64,000 nt of DNA from Schmidtea polychroa. Lineage: Eukaryota. The stretch lies in contig CM097885.1 in the NCBI GenBank assembly GCA_044892525.1, forward strand, positions 13,518,001-13,582,000. Reading direction: 5' to 3'. The translations under genes were made by a program, and so were the position numbers. Below are positions 25,977 to 39,500 of this stretch, in pieces (within the stretch, counting starts at the first letter, position 1; every line of letters starts with the position of its first letter). Under the pieces are notes generated by a model. That model saw only the letters and a list, made by a program, of their open reading frames with translations. It searched no databases and was not told the origin of the DNA.

Positions 25977-28924
25977 TCTAAAGAAATCCACTCACTTCAC
26001 TTTATCTAGATTGGCATTTAAAAAATTGTCAATTTGACTCTTGTCAAGTCAAAACAAATTTCTCATGCTTTTGATATTCTTGATAGATTTCGTATGATTG
26101 CATTAGAAATTGCTTTGACGATTTTTCGTTGTTGAAAACAAAATTTTGTCAAAGACAATTCTGTAAAAATGCATCTCAGGTGGGACTCGAACCCACAACC
26201 TCCGGATTAGAAGTCCGACGCGCTATCCATTGCGCCACTGAGACTCTAAAGAAATCCACTCACTTCACTTTATCTACATTGGCATTTAAAAAATTGTCAA
26301 TTTGACTCTTGTCAAGTCAAAACAAATTTCTCATGCTTTTGATATTCTTGATAGATTTCGTATGATTGCATTAGAAATTGCTTTGACGATTTTTCGTTGT
26401 TGAAAACAAAATTTTGTCAAAGACAATTCTGTAAAAATGCATCTCAGGTGGGACTCGAACCCACAACCTCCGGATTAGAAGTCCGACGCGCTATCCATTG
26501 CGCCACTGAGACTCTAAAGAAATCCACTCACTTCACTTTATCTACATTGGCATTTAAAAAATTGTCAATTTGACTCTTGTCAAGTCAAAACAAATTTCTC
26601 ATGCTTTTGATATTCTTGATAGATTTCGTATGATTGCATTAGAAATTGCTTTGACGATTTTTCGTTGTTGAAAACAAAATTTTGTCAAAGACAATTCTGT
26701 AAAAATGCATCTCAGGTGGGACCCGAACCCACAACCTCCGGATTAGAAGTCCGACGCGCTATCCATTGCGCCACTGAGACTCTAAAGAAATCCACTCACT
26801 TCACTTTATCTACATTGGCATTTAAAAAATTGTCAATTTGACTCTTGTCAAGTCAAAACAAATTTCTCATGCTTTTGATATTCTTGATAGATTTCGTATG
26901 ATTGCATTAGAAATTGCTTTGACGATTTTTCGTTGTTGAAAACAAAATTTTGTCAAAGACAATTCTGTAAAAATGCATCTCAGGTGGGACTCGAACCCAC
27001 AACCTCCGGATTAGAAGTCCGACGCGCTATCCATTGCGCCACTGAGACTCTAAAGAAATCCACTCACTTCACTTTATCTACATTGGCATTTAAAAAATTG
27101 TCAATTTGACTCTTGTCAAGTCAAAACAAATTTCTCATGCTTTTGATATTCTTGATAGATTTCGTATGATTGCATTAGAAATTGCTTTGACGATTTTTCG
27201 TTGTTGAAAACAAAATTTTGTCAAAGACAATTCTGTAAAAATGCATCTCAGGTGGGACTCGAACCCACAACCTCCGGATTAGAAGTCCGACGCGCTATCC
27301 ATTGCGCCACTGAGACTCTAAAGAAATCCACTCACTTCACTTTATCTACATTGGCATTTAAAAAATTGTCAATTTGACTCTTGTCAAGTCAAAACAAATT
27401 TCTCATGCTTTTGATATTCTTGATAGATTTCGTATGATTGCATTAGAAATTGCTTTGACGATTTTTCGTTGTTGAAAACAAAATTTTGTCAAAGACAATT
27501 CTGTAAAAATGCATCTCAGGTGGGACTCGAACCCACAACCTCCGGATTAGAAGTCCGACGCGCTATCCATTGCGCCACTGAGACTCTAAAGAAATCCACT
27601 CACTTCACTTTATCTACATTGGCATTTAAAAAATTGTCAATTTGACTCTTGTCAAGTCAAAACAAATTTCTCATGCTTTTGATATTCTTGATAGATTTCG
27701 TATGATTGCATTAGAAATTGCTTTGACGATTTTTCGTTGTTGAAAACAAAATTTTGTCAAAGACAATTCTGTAAAAATGCATCTCAGGTGGGACTCGAAC
27801 CCACAACCTCCGGATTAGAAGTCCGACGCGCTATCCATTGCGCCACTGAGACTCTAAAGAAATCCACTCACTTCACTTTATCTACATTGGCATTTAAAAA
27901 ATTGTCAATTTGACTCTTGTCAAGTCAAAACAAATTTCTCATGCTTTTGATATTCTTGATAGATTTCGTATGATTGCATTAGAAATTGCTTTGACGATTT
28001 TTCGTTGTTGAAAACAAAATTTTGTCAAAGACAATTCTGTAAAAATGCATCTCAGGTGGGACTCGAACCCACAACCTCCGGATTAGAAGTCCGACGCGCT
28101 ATCCATTGCGCCACTGAGACTCTAAAGAAATCCACTCACTTCACTTTATCTACATTGGCATTTAAAAAATTGTCAATTTGACTCTTGTCAAGTCAAAACA
28201 AATTTCTCATGCTTTTGATATTCTTGATAGATTTCGTATGATTGCATTAGAAATTGCTTTGACGATTTTTCGTTGTTGAAAACAAAATTTTGTCAAAGAC
28301 AATTCTGTAAAAATGCATCTCAGGTGGGACTCGAACCCACAACCTCCGGATTAGAAGTCCGACGCGCTATCCATTGCGCCACTGAGACTCTAAAGAAATC
28401 CACTCACTTCACTTTATCTACATTGGCATTTAAAAAATTGTCAATTTGACTCTTGTCAAGTCAAAACAAATTTCTCATGCTTTTGATATTCTTGATAGAT
28501 TTCGTATGATTGCATTAGAAATTGCTTTGACGATTTTTCGTTGTTGAAAACAAAATTTTGTCAAAGACAATTCTGTAAAAATGCATCTCAGGTGGGACTC
28601 GAACCCACAACCTCCGGATTAGAAGTCCGACGCGCTATCCATTGCGCCACTGAGACTCTAAAGAAATCCACTCACTTCACTTTATCTACATTGGCATTTA
28701 AAAAATTGTCAATTTGACTCTTGTCAAGTCAAAACAAATTTCTCATGCTTTTGATATTCTTGATAGATTTCGTATGATTGCATTAGAAATTGCTTTGACG
28801 ATTTTTCGTTGTTGAAAACAAAATTTTGTCAAAGACAATTCTGTAAAAATGCATCTCAGGTGGGACTCGAACCCACAACCTCCGGATTAGAAGTCCGACG
28901 CGCTATCCATTGCGCCACTGAGAC
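25904..28924 (-). tRNA. tRNA-Arg-TCT: Sub-array 1: 12 complete tRNA-Arg(UCU) genes
   Basis: First 25904, last 28852; difference is 11 x 268. Confidence 0.95.
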
Positions 28925-29122
28925 TCTAAAGAAATCCACTCACTTCACTTTATCTACATTGGAATTTAAAAAATTGTCAATTTGACTCTTGTCAAGTCAA
29001 AACAAATTTCTCATGCTTTTGATATTCTTGATAGATTTCGTATGATTGCATTAGAAATTGCTTTGACGATTTTTCGTTGTTGAAAACAAAATTTTGTCAA
29101 AGACAATTCTGTAAAAATGCAT

Positions 29123-30363
29123 TACTTTTCCAATTATTTATGACATGCCAAGCTATGACCAATCGTCGACTGACAGTACTTCTTATACAGTTTGCTTGAT
29201 AAAATATATATATATATAAATTATAGCATCATGTATCATCCATAATCATCTTAAATATTATCATTATATTATTATTTAATTCATTTAAAAATTATTGATA
29301 AATGAATTAAATATTAAATTAAATTAAAAATTATTATTATTATTATTATTATTTACAAAAATATTATTATTTAAATTAACATTCATGATTGCAGTTAGCA
29401 ACCATGAATGCTAACAAAGACATCATGTGTTTAATGCGTGATCAGCGCATAAAGACAATGATTAATGACAAAGACAGTGCATGATCAGTGCATGTCTCAT
29501 AAAGAAACATAATGAAATTAAAATTCCTATAGAAAAAAGATTTAAAATTATCTAAACCTAAAGGATTGGCATTTAATTCCTCCCCAGATAAAAATTTATT
29601 TAATTTTAAGTATTTATTCTTTGATTCCTTAATTTTAGTTAAAGGAATCAAATTTGGAAACTTATTATAGAGCTGTTTTCGCTCTTTTTTTTAGTTAAAA
29701 TACGAATATAAGTTTTAAAATCAAATATTTTATTACTTATTTTCGGTTTGGAAATAAAAACTTTAGGATTTACAGAACTTTTATTATTGTTTATTGAAAT
29801 TTTAAAATTTTCGAAATTTTGACTATCGATATTAAAATCGTTATTAACATTAATATTGAGAATTTTATCACAAGTCGAATTATTAACATTACAATTATCT
29901 ATATTTACAATTTCATTAGCTTTAGAATTTTTATTTAAAGAAAATTTATCAAAATTATTTAAATTATTAGAGAAATTTTCAAAATTTAAAGATAAACATT
30001 CTAACCGTTCGAACATCTTTGAAAATAAAATCTCCATTGAATCCAAACGTTTCTCGAAATTCTGAAACTGATTGTCTGGCTTGTTTGGAAGGACATTGTT
30101 CATCGAATGATTCTCCATGGAAGTCATATTAATTCCAGCTTTGAATTGATCGAAAAAGTCCAAAATAGCTTGAGTTGATTGCAATTGATATTGGAATAAT
30201 TTCTGAAATTTCTTCATACCAATTGCATTATTACACAATACATCTGCAGTCATTAATTGAACTTCAGTGTGCATATCTTGTTGATGCATTGCGTCAGGCG
30301 ATGGCGTCATCTTGTTCATTTGATATTCTTGATAGATTTCATATGATTGCTTTAGAAATTGCT
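29123..30363 (-). mobile_element. 1.24-kb cassette (AT-rich flank, hairpin module, ORF1 5' part) replacing most of one tRNA
   Basis: Copy of ~24447-25689; left junction aaaatgcat|tacttttcc, right junction at tRNA nt 19. Confidence 0.92.
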
Positions 30364-30577
30364 TCCATTGCGCCACTGAGACTCTAAAGAAATCCACTCA
30401 CTTCACTTTATCTACATTGGCATTTAAAAAATTGTCAATTTGACTCTTGTCAAGTCAAAACAAATTTCTCATGCTTTTGATATTCTTGATAGATTTCGTA
30501 TGATTGCATTAGAAATTGCTTTGACGATTTTTCGTTGTTGAAAACAAAATTTTGTCAAAGACAATTCTGTAAAAATG

Positions 30578-33500
30578 CATCTCAGGTGGGACTCGAACCC
30601 ACAACCTCCGGATTAGAAGTCCGACGCGCTATCCATTGCGCCACTGAGACTCTAAAGAAATCCACTCACTTCACTTTATCTAGATTGGCATTTAAAAAAT
30701 TGTCAATTTGACTCTTGTCAAGTCAAAACAAATTTCTCATGCTTTTGATATTCTTGATAGATTTCGTATGATTGCATTAGAAATTGCTTTGACGATTTTT
30801 CGTTGTTGAAAACAAAATTTTGTCAAAGACAATTCTGTAAAAATGCATCTCAGGTGGGACTCGAACCCACAACCTCCGGATTAGAAGTCCGACGCGCTAT
30901 CCATTGCGCCACTGAGACTCTAAAGAAATCCACTCACTTCACTTTATCTACATTGGCATTTAAAAAATTGTCAATTTGACTCTTGTCAAGTCAAAACAAA
31001 TTTCTCATGCTTTTGATATTCTTGATAGATTTCGTATGATTGCATTAGAAATTGCTTTGACGATTTTTCGTTGTTGAAAACAAAATTTTGTCAAAGACAA
31101 TTCTGTAAAAATGCATCTCAGGTGGGACTCGAACCCACAACCTCCGGATTAGAAGTCCGACGCGCTATCCATTGCGCCACTGAGACTCTAAAGAAATCCA
31201 CTCACTTCACTTTATCTACATTGGCATTTAAAAAATTGTCAATTTGACTCTTGTCAAGTCAAAACAAATTTCTCATGCTTTTGATATTCTTGATAGATTT
31301 CGTATGATTGCATTAGAAATTGCTTTGACGATTTTTCGTTGTTGAAAACAAAATTTTGTCAAAGACAATTCTGTAAAAATGCATCTCAGGTGGGACTCGA
31401 ACCCACAACCTCCGGATTAGAAGTCCGACGCGCTATCCATTGCGCCACTGAGACTCTAAAGAAATCCACTCACTTCACTTTATCTACATTGGCATTTAAA
31501 AAATTGTCAATTTGACTCTTGTCAAGTCAAAACAAATTTCTCATGCTTTTGATATTCTTGATAGATTTCGTATGATTGCATTAGAAATTGCTTTGACGAT
31601 TTTTCGTTGTTGAAAACAAAATTTTGTCAAAGACAATTCTGTAAAAATGCATCTCAGGTGGGACTCGAACCCACAACCTCCGGATTAGAAGTCCGACGCG
31701 CTATCCATTGCGCCACTGAGACTCTAAAGAAATCCACTCACTTCACTTTATCTACATTGGCATTTAAAAAATTGTCAATTTGACTCTTGTCAAGTCAAAA
31801 CAAATTTCTCATGCTTTTGATATTCTTGATAGATTTCGTATGATTGCATTAGAAATTGCTTTGACGATTTTTCGTTGTTGAAAACAAAATTTTGTCAAAG
31901 ACAATTCTGTAAAAATGCATCTCAGGTGGGACTCGAACCCACAACCTCCGGATTAGAAGTCCGACGCGCTATCCATTGCGCCACTGAGACTCTAAAGAAA
32001 TCCACTCACTTCACTTTATCTACATTGGCATTTAAAAAATTGTCAATTTGACTCTTGTCAAGTCAAAACAAATTTCTCATGCTTTTGATATTCTTGATAG
32101 ATTTCGTATGATTGCATTAGAAATTGCTTTGACGATTTTTCGTTGTTGAAAACAAAATTTTGTCAAAGACAATTCTGTAAAAATGCATCTCAGGTGGGAC
32201 TCGAACCCACAACCTCCGGATTAGAAGTCCGACGCGCTATCCATTGCGCCACTGAGACTCTAAAGAAATCCACTCACTTCACTTTATCTACATTGGCATT
32301 TAAAAAATTGTCAATTTGACTCTTGTCAAGTCAAAACAAATTTCTCATGCTTTTGATATTCTTGATAGATTTCGTATGATTGCATTAGAAATTGCTTTGA
32401 CGATTTTTCGTTGTTGAAAACAAAATTTTGTCAAAGACAATTCTGTAAAAATGCATCTCAGGTGGGACTCGAACCCACAACCTCCGGATTAGAAGTCCGA
32501 CGCGCTATCCATTGCGCCACTGAGACTCTAAAGAAATCCACTCACTTCACTTTATCTACATTGGCATTTAAAAAATTGTCAATTTGACTCTTGTCAAGTC
32601 AAAACAAATTTCTCATGCTTTTGATATTCTTGATAGATTTCGTATGATTGCATTAGAAATTGCTTTGACGATTTTTCGTTGTTGAAAACAAAATTTTGTC
32701 AAAGACAATTCTGTAAAAATGCATCTCAGGTGGGACTCGAACCCACAACCTCCGGATTAGAAGTCCGACGCGCTATCCATTGCGCCACTGAGACTCTAAA
32801 GAAATCCACTCACTTCACTTTATCTACATTGGCATTTAAAAAATTGTCAATTTGACTCTTGTCAAGTCAAAACAAATTTCTCATGCTTTTGATATTCTTG
32901 ATAGATTTCGTATGATTGCATTAGAAATTGCTTTGACGATTTTTCGTTGTTGAAAACAAAATTTTGTCAAAGACAATTCTGTAAAAATGCATCTCAGGTG
33001 GGACTCGAACCCACAACCTCCGGATTAGAAGTCCGACGCGCTATCCATTGCGCCACTGAGACTCTAAAGAAATCCACTCACTTCACTTTATCTACATTGG
33101 CATTTAAAAAATTGTCAATTTGACTCTTGTCAAGTCAAAACAAATTTCTCATGCTTTTGATATTCTTGATAGATTTCGTATGATTGCATTAGAAATTGCT
33201 TTGACGATTTTTCGTTGTTGAAAACAAAATTTTGTCAAAGACAATTCTGTAAAAATGCATCTCAGGTGGGACTCGAACCCACAACCTCCGGATTAGAAGT
33301 CCGACGCGCTATCCATTGCGCCACTGAGACTCTAAAGAAATCCACTCACTTCACTTTATCTACATTGGCATTTAAAAAATTGTCAATTTGACTCTTGTCA
33401 AGTCAAAACAAATTTCTCATGCTTTTGATATTCTTGATAGATTTCGTATGATTGCATTAGAAATTGCTTTGACGATTTTTCGTTGTTGAAAACAAAATTT

Positions 33501-36500
33501 TGTCAAAGACAATTCTGTAAAAATGCATCTCAGGTGGGACTCGAACCCACAACCTCCGGATTAGAAGTCCGACGCGCTATCCATTGCGCCACTGAGACTC
33601 TAAAGAAATCCACTCACTTCACTTTATCTACATTGGCATTTAAAAAATTGTCAATTTGACTCTTGTCAAGTCAAAACAAATTTCTCATGCTTTTGATATT
33701 CTTGATAGATTTCGTATGATTGCATTAGAAATTGCTTTGACGATTTTTCGTTGTTGAAAACAAAATTTTGTCAAAGACAATTCTGTAAAAATGCATCTCA
33801 GGTGGGACTCGAACCCACAACCTCCGGATTAGAAGTCCGACGCGCTATCCATTGCGCCACTGAGACTCTAAAGAAATCCACTCACTTCACTTTATCTACA
33901 TTGGCATTTAAAAAATTGTCAATTTGACTCTTGTCAAGTCAAAACAAATTTCTCATGCTTTTGATATTCTTGATAGATTTCGTATGATTGCATTAGAAAT
34001 TGCTTTGACGATTTTTCGTTGTTGAAAACAAAATTTTGTCAAAGACAATTCTGTAAAAATGCATCTCAGGTGGGACTCGAACCCACAACCTCCGGATTAG
34101 AAGTCCGACGCGCTATCCATTGCGCCACTGAGACTCTAAAGAAATCCACTCACTTCACTTTATCTACATTGGCATTTAAAAAATTGTCAATTTGACTCTT
34201 GTCAAGTCAAAACAAATTTCTCATGCTTTTGATATTCTTGATAGATTTCGTATGATTGCATTAGAAATTGCTTTGACGATTTTTCGTTGTTGAAAACAAA
34301 ATTTTGTCAAAGACAATTCTGTAAAAATGCATCTCAGGTGGGACTCGAACCCACAACCTCCGGATTAGAAGTCCGACGCGCTATCCATTGCGCCACTGAG
34401 ACTCTAAAGAAATCCACTCACTTCACTTTATCTACATTGGCATTTAAAAAATTGTCAATTTGACTCTTGTCAAGTCAAAACAAATTTCTCATGCTTTTGA
34501 TATTCTTGATAGATTTCGTATGATTGCATTAGAAATTGCTTTGACGATTTTTCGTTGTTGAAAACAAAATTTTGTCAAAGACAATTCTGTAAAAATGCAT
34601 CTCAGGTGGGACTCGAACCCACAACCTCCGGATTAGAAGTCCGACGCGCTATCCATTGCGCCACTGAGACTCTAAAGAAATCCACTCACTTCACTTTATC
34701 TACATTGGCATTTAAAAAATTGTCAATTTGACTCTTGTCAAGTCAAAACAAATTTCTCATGCTTTTGATATTCTTGATAGATTTCGTATGATTGCATTAG
34801 AAATTGCTTTGACGATTTTTCGTTGTTGAAAACAAAATTTTGTCAAAGACAATTCTGTAAAAATGCATCTCAGGTGGGACTCGAACCCACAACCTCCGGA
34901 TTAGAAGTCCGACGCGCTATCCATTGCGCCACTGAGACTCTAAAGAAATCCACTCACTTCACTTTATCTAGATTGGCATTTAAAAAATTGTCAATTTGAC
35001 TCTTGTCAAGTCAAAACAAATTTCTCATGCTTTTGATATTCTTGATAGATTTCGTATGATTGCATTAGAAATTGCTTTGACGATTTTTCGTTGTTGAAAA
35101 CAAAATTTTGTCAAAGACAATTCTGTAAAAATGCATCTCAGGTGGGACTCGAACCCACAACCGCCGGATTAGAAGTCCGACGCGCTATCCATTGCGCCAC
35201 TGAGACTCTAAAGAAATCCACTCACTTCACTTTATCTACATTGGCATTTAAAAAATTGTCAATTTGACTCTTGTCAAGTCAAAACAAATTTCTCATGCTT
35301 TTGATATTCTTGATAGATTTCGTATGATTGCATTAGAAATTGCTTTGACGATTTTTCGTTGTTGAAAACAAAATTTTGTCAAAGACAATTCTGTAAAAAT
35401 GCATCTCAGGTGGGACTCGAACCCACAACCTCCGGATTAGAAGTCCGACGCGCTATCCATTGCGCCACTGAGACTCTAAAGAAATCCACTCACTTCACTT
35501 TATCTACATTGGCATTTAAAAAATTGTCAATTTGACTCTTGTCAAGTCAAAACAAATTTCTCATGCTTTTGATATTCTTGATAGATTTCGTATGATTGCA
35601 TTAGAAATTGCTTTGACGATTTTTCGTTGTTGAAAACAAAATTTTGTCAAAGACAATTCTGTAAAAATGCATCTCAGGTGGGACTCGAACCCACAACCTC
35701 CGGATTAGAAGTCCGACGCGCTATCCATTGCGCCACTGAGACTCTAAAGAAATCCACTCACTTCACTTTATCTACATTGGCATTTAAAAAATTGTCAATT
35801 TGACTCTTGTCAAGTCAAAACAAATTTCTCATGCTTTTGATATTCTTGATAGATTTCGTATGATTGCATTAGAAATTGCTTTGACGATTTTTCGTTGTTG
35901 AAAACAAAATTTTGTCAAAGACAATTCTGTAAAAATGCATCTCAGGTGGGACTCGAACCCACAACCTCCGGATTAGAAGTCCGACGCGCTATCCATTGCG
36001 CCACTGAGACTCTAAAGAAATCCACTCACTTCACTTTATCTACATTGGCATTTAAAAAATTGTCAATTTGACTCTTGTCAAGTCAAAACAAATTTCTCAT
36101 GCTTTTGATATTCTTGATAGATTTCGTATGATTGCATTAGAAATTGCTTTGACGATTTTTCGTTGTTGAAAACAAAATTTTGTCAAAGACAATTCTGTAA
36201 AAATGCATCTCAGGTGGGACTCGAACCCACAACCTCCGGATTAGAAGTCCGACGCGCTATCCATTGCGCCACTGAGACTCTAAAGAAATCCACTCACTTC
36301 ACTTTATCTACATTGGCATTTAAAAAATTGTCAATTTGACTCTTGTCAAGTCAAAACAAATTTCTCATGCTTTTGATATTCTTGATAGATTTCGTATGAT
36401 TGCATTAGAAATTGCTTTGACGATTTTTCGTTGTTGAAAACAAAATTTTGTCAAAGACAATTCTGTAAAAATGCATCTCAGGTGGGACTCGAACCCACAA

Positions 36501-39500
36501 CCTCCGGATTAGAAGTCCGACGCGCTATCCATTGCGCCACTGAGACTCTAAAGAAATCCACTCACTTCACTTTATCTACATTGGCATTTAAAAAATTGTC
36601 AATTTGACTCTTGTCAAGTCAAAACAAATTTCTCATGCTTTTGATATTCTTGATAGATTTCGTATGATTGCATTAGAAATTGCTTTGACGATTTTTCGTT
36701 GTTGAAAACAAAATTTTGTCAAAGACAATTCTGTAAAAATGCATCTCAGGTGGGACTCGAACCCACAACCTCCGGATTAGAAGTCCGACGCGCTATCCAT
36801 TGCGCCACTGAGACTCTAAAGAAATCCACTCACTTCACTTTATCTACATTGGCATTTAAAAAATTGTCAATTTGACTCTTGTCAAGTCAAAACAAATTTC
36901 TCATGCTTTTGATATTCTTGATAGATTTCGTATGATTGCATTAGAAATTGCTTTGACGATTTTTCGTTGTTGAAAACAAAATTTTGTCAAAGACAATTCT
37001 GTAAAAATGCATCTCAGGTGGGACTCGAACCCACAACCTCCGGATTAGAAGTCCGACGCGCTATCCATTGCGCCACTGAGACTCTAAAGAAATCCACTCA
37101 CTTCACTTTATCTACATTGGCATTTAAAAAATTGTCAATTTGACTCTTGTCAAGTCAAAACAAATTTCTCATGCTTTTGATATTCTTGATAGATTTCGTA
37201 TGATTGCATTAGAAATTGCTTTGACGATTTTTCGTTGTTGAAAACAAAATTTTGTCAAAGACAATTCTGTAAAAATGCATCTCAGGTGGGACTCGAACCC
37301 ACAACCTCCGGATTAGAAGTCCGACGCGCTATCCATTGCGCCACTGAGACTCTAAAGAAATCCACTCACTTCACTTTATCTACATTGGCATTTAAAAAAT
37401 TGTCAATTTGACTCTTGTCAAGTCAAAACAAATTTCTCATGCTTTTGATATTCTTGATAGATTTCGTATGATTGCATTAGAAATTGCTTTGACGATTTTT
37501 CGTTGTTGAAAACAAAATTTTGTCAAAGACAATTCTGTAAAAATGCATCTCAGGTGGGACTCGAACCCACAACCTCCGGATTAGAAGTCCGACGCGCTAT
37601 CCATTGCGCCACTGAGACTCTAAAGAAATCCACTCACTTCACTTTATCTACATTGGCATTTAAAAAATTGTCAATTTGACTCTTGTCAAGTCAAAACAAA
37701 TTTCTCATGCTTTTGATATTCTTGATAGATTTCGTATGATTGCATTAGAAATTGCTTTGACGATTTTTCGTTGTTGAAAACAAAATTTTGTCAAAGACAA
37801 TTCTGTAAAAATGCATCTCAGGTGGGACTCGAACCCACAACCTCCGGATTAGAAGTCCGACGCGCTATCCATTGCGCCACTGAGACTCTAAAGAAATCCA
37901 CTCACTTCACTTTATCTACATTGGCATTTAAAAAATTGTCAATTTGACTCTTGTCAAGTCAAAACAAATTTCTCATGCTTTTGATATTCTTGATAGATTT
38001 CGTATGATTGCATTAGAAATTGCTTTGACGATTTTTCGTTGTTGAAAACAAAATTTTGTCAAAGACAATTCTGTAAAAATGCATCTCAGGTGGGACTCGA
38101 ACCCACAACCTCCGGATTAGAAGTCCGACGCGCTATCCATTGCGCCACTGAGACTCTAAAGAAATCCACTCACTTCACTTTATCTACATTGGCATTTAAA
38201 AAATTGTCAATTTGACTCTTGTCAAGTCAAAACAAATTTCTCATGCTTTTGATATTCTTGATAGATTTCGTATGATTGCATTAGAAATTGCTTTGACGAT
38301 TTTTCGTTGTTGAAAACAAAATTTTGTCAAAGACAATTCTGTAAAAATGCATCTCAGGTGGGACTCGAACCCACAACCTCCGGATTAGAAGTCCGACGCG
38401 CTATCCATTGCGCCACTGAGACTCTAAAGAAATCCACTCACTTCACTTTATCTACATTGGCATTTAAAAAATTGTCAATTTGACTCTTGTCAAGTCAAAA
38501 CAAATTTCTCATGCTTTTGATATTCTTGATAGATTTCGTATGATTGCATTAGAAATTGCTTTGACGATTTTTCGTTGTTGAAAACAAAATTTTGTCAAAG
38601 ACAATTCTGTAAAAATGCATCTCAGGTGGGACTCGAACCCACAACCTCCGGATTAGAAGTCCGACGCGCTATCCATTGCGCCACTGAGACTCTAAAGAAA
38701 TCCACTCACTTCACTTTATCTACATTGGCATTTAAAAAATTGTCAATTTGACTCTTGTCAAGTCAAAACAAATTTCTCATGCTTTTGATATTCTTGATAG
38801 ATTTCGTATGATTGCATTAGAAATTGCTTTGACGATTTTTCGTTGTTGAAAACAAAATTTTGTCAAAGACAATTCTGTAAAAATGCATCTCAGGTGGGAC
38901 TCGAACCCACAACCTCCGGATTAGAAGTCCGACGCGCTATCCATTGCGCCACTGAGACTCTAAAGAAATCCACTCACTTCACTTTATCTACATTGGCATT
39001 TAAAAAATTGTCAATTTGACTCTTGTCAAGTCAAAACAAATTTCTCATGCTTTTGATATTCTTGATAGATTTCGTATGATTGCATTAGAAATTGCTTTGA
39101 CGATTTTTCGTTGTTGAAAACAAAATTTTGTCAAAGACAATTCTGTAAAAATGCATCTCAGGTGGGACTCGAACCCACAACCTCCGGATTAGAAGTCCGA
39201 CGCGCTATCCATTGCGCCACTGAGACTCTAAAGAAATCCACTCACTTCACTTTATCTACATTGGCATTTAAAAAATTGTCAATTTGACTCTTGTCAAGTC
39301 AAAACAAATTTCTCATGCTTTTGATATTCTTGATAGATTTCGTATGATTGCATTAGAAATTGCTTTGACGATTTTTCGTTGTTGAAAACAAAATTTTGTC
39401 AAAGACAATTCTGTAAAAATGCATCTCAGGTGGGACTCGAACCCACAACCTCCGGATTAGAAGTCCGACGCGCTATCCATTGCGCCACTGAGACTCTAAA

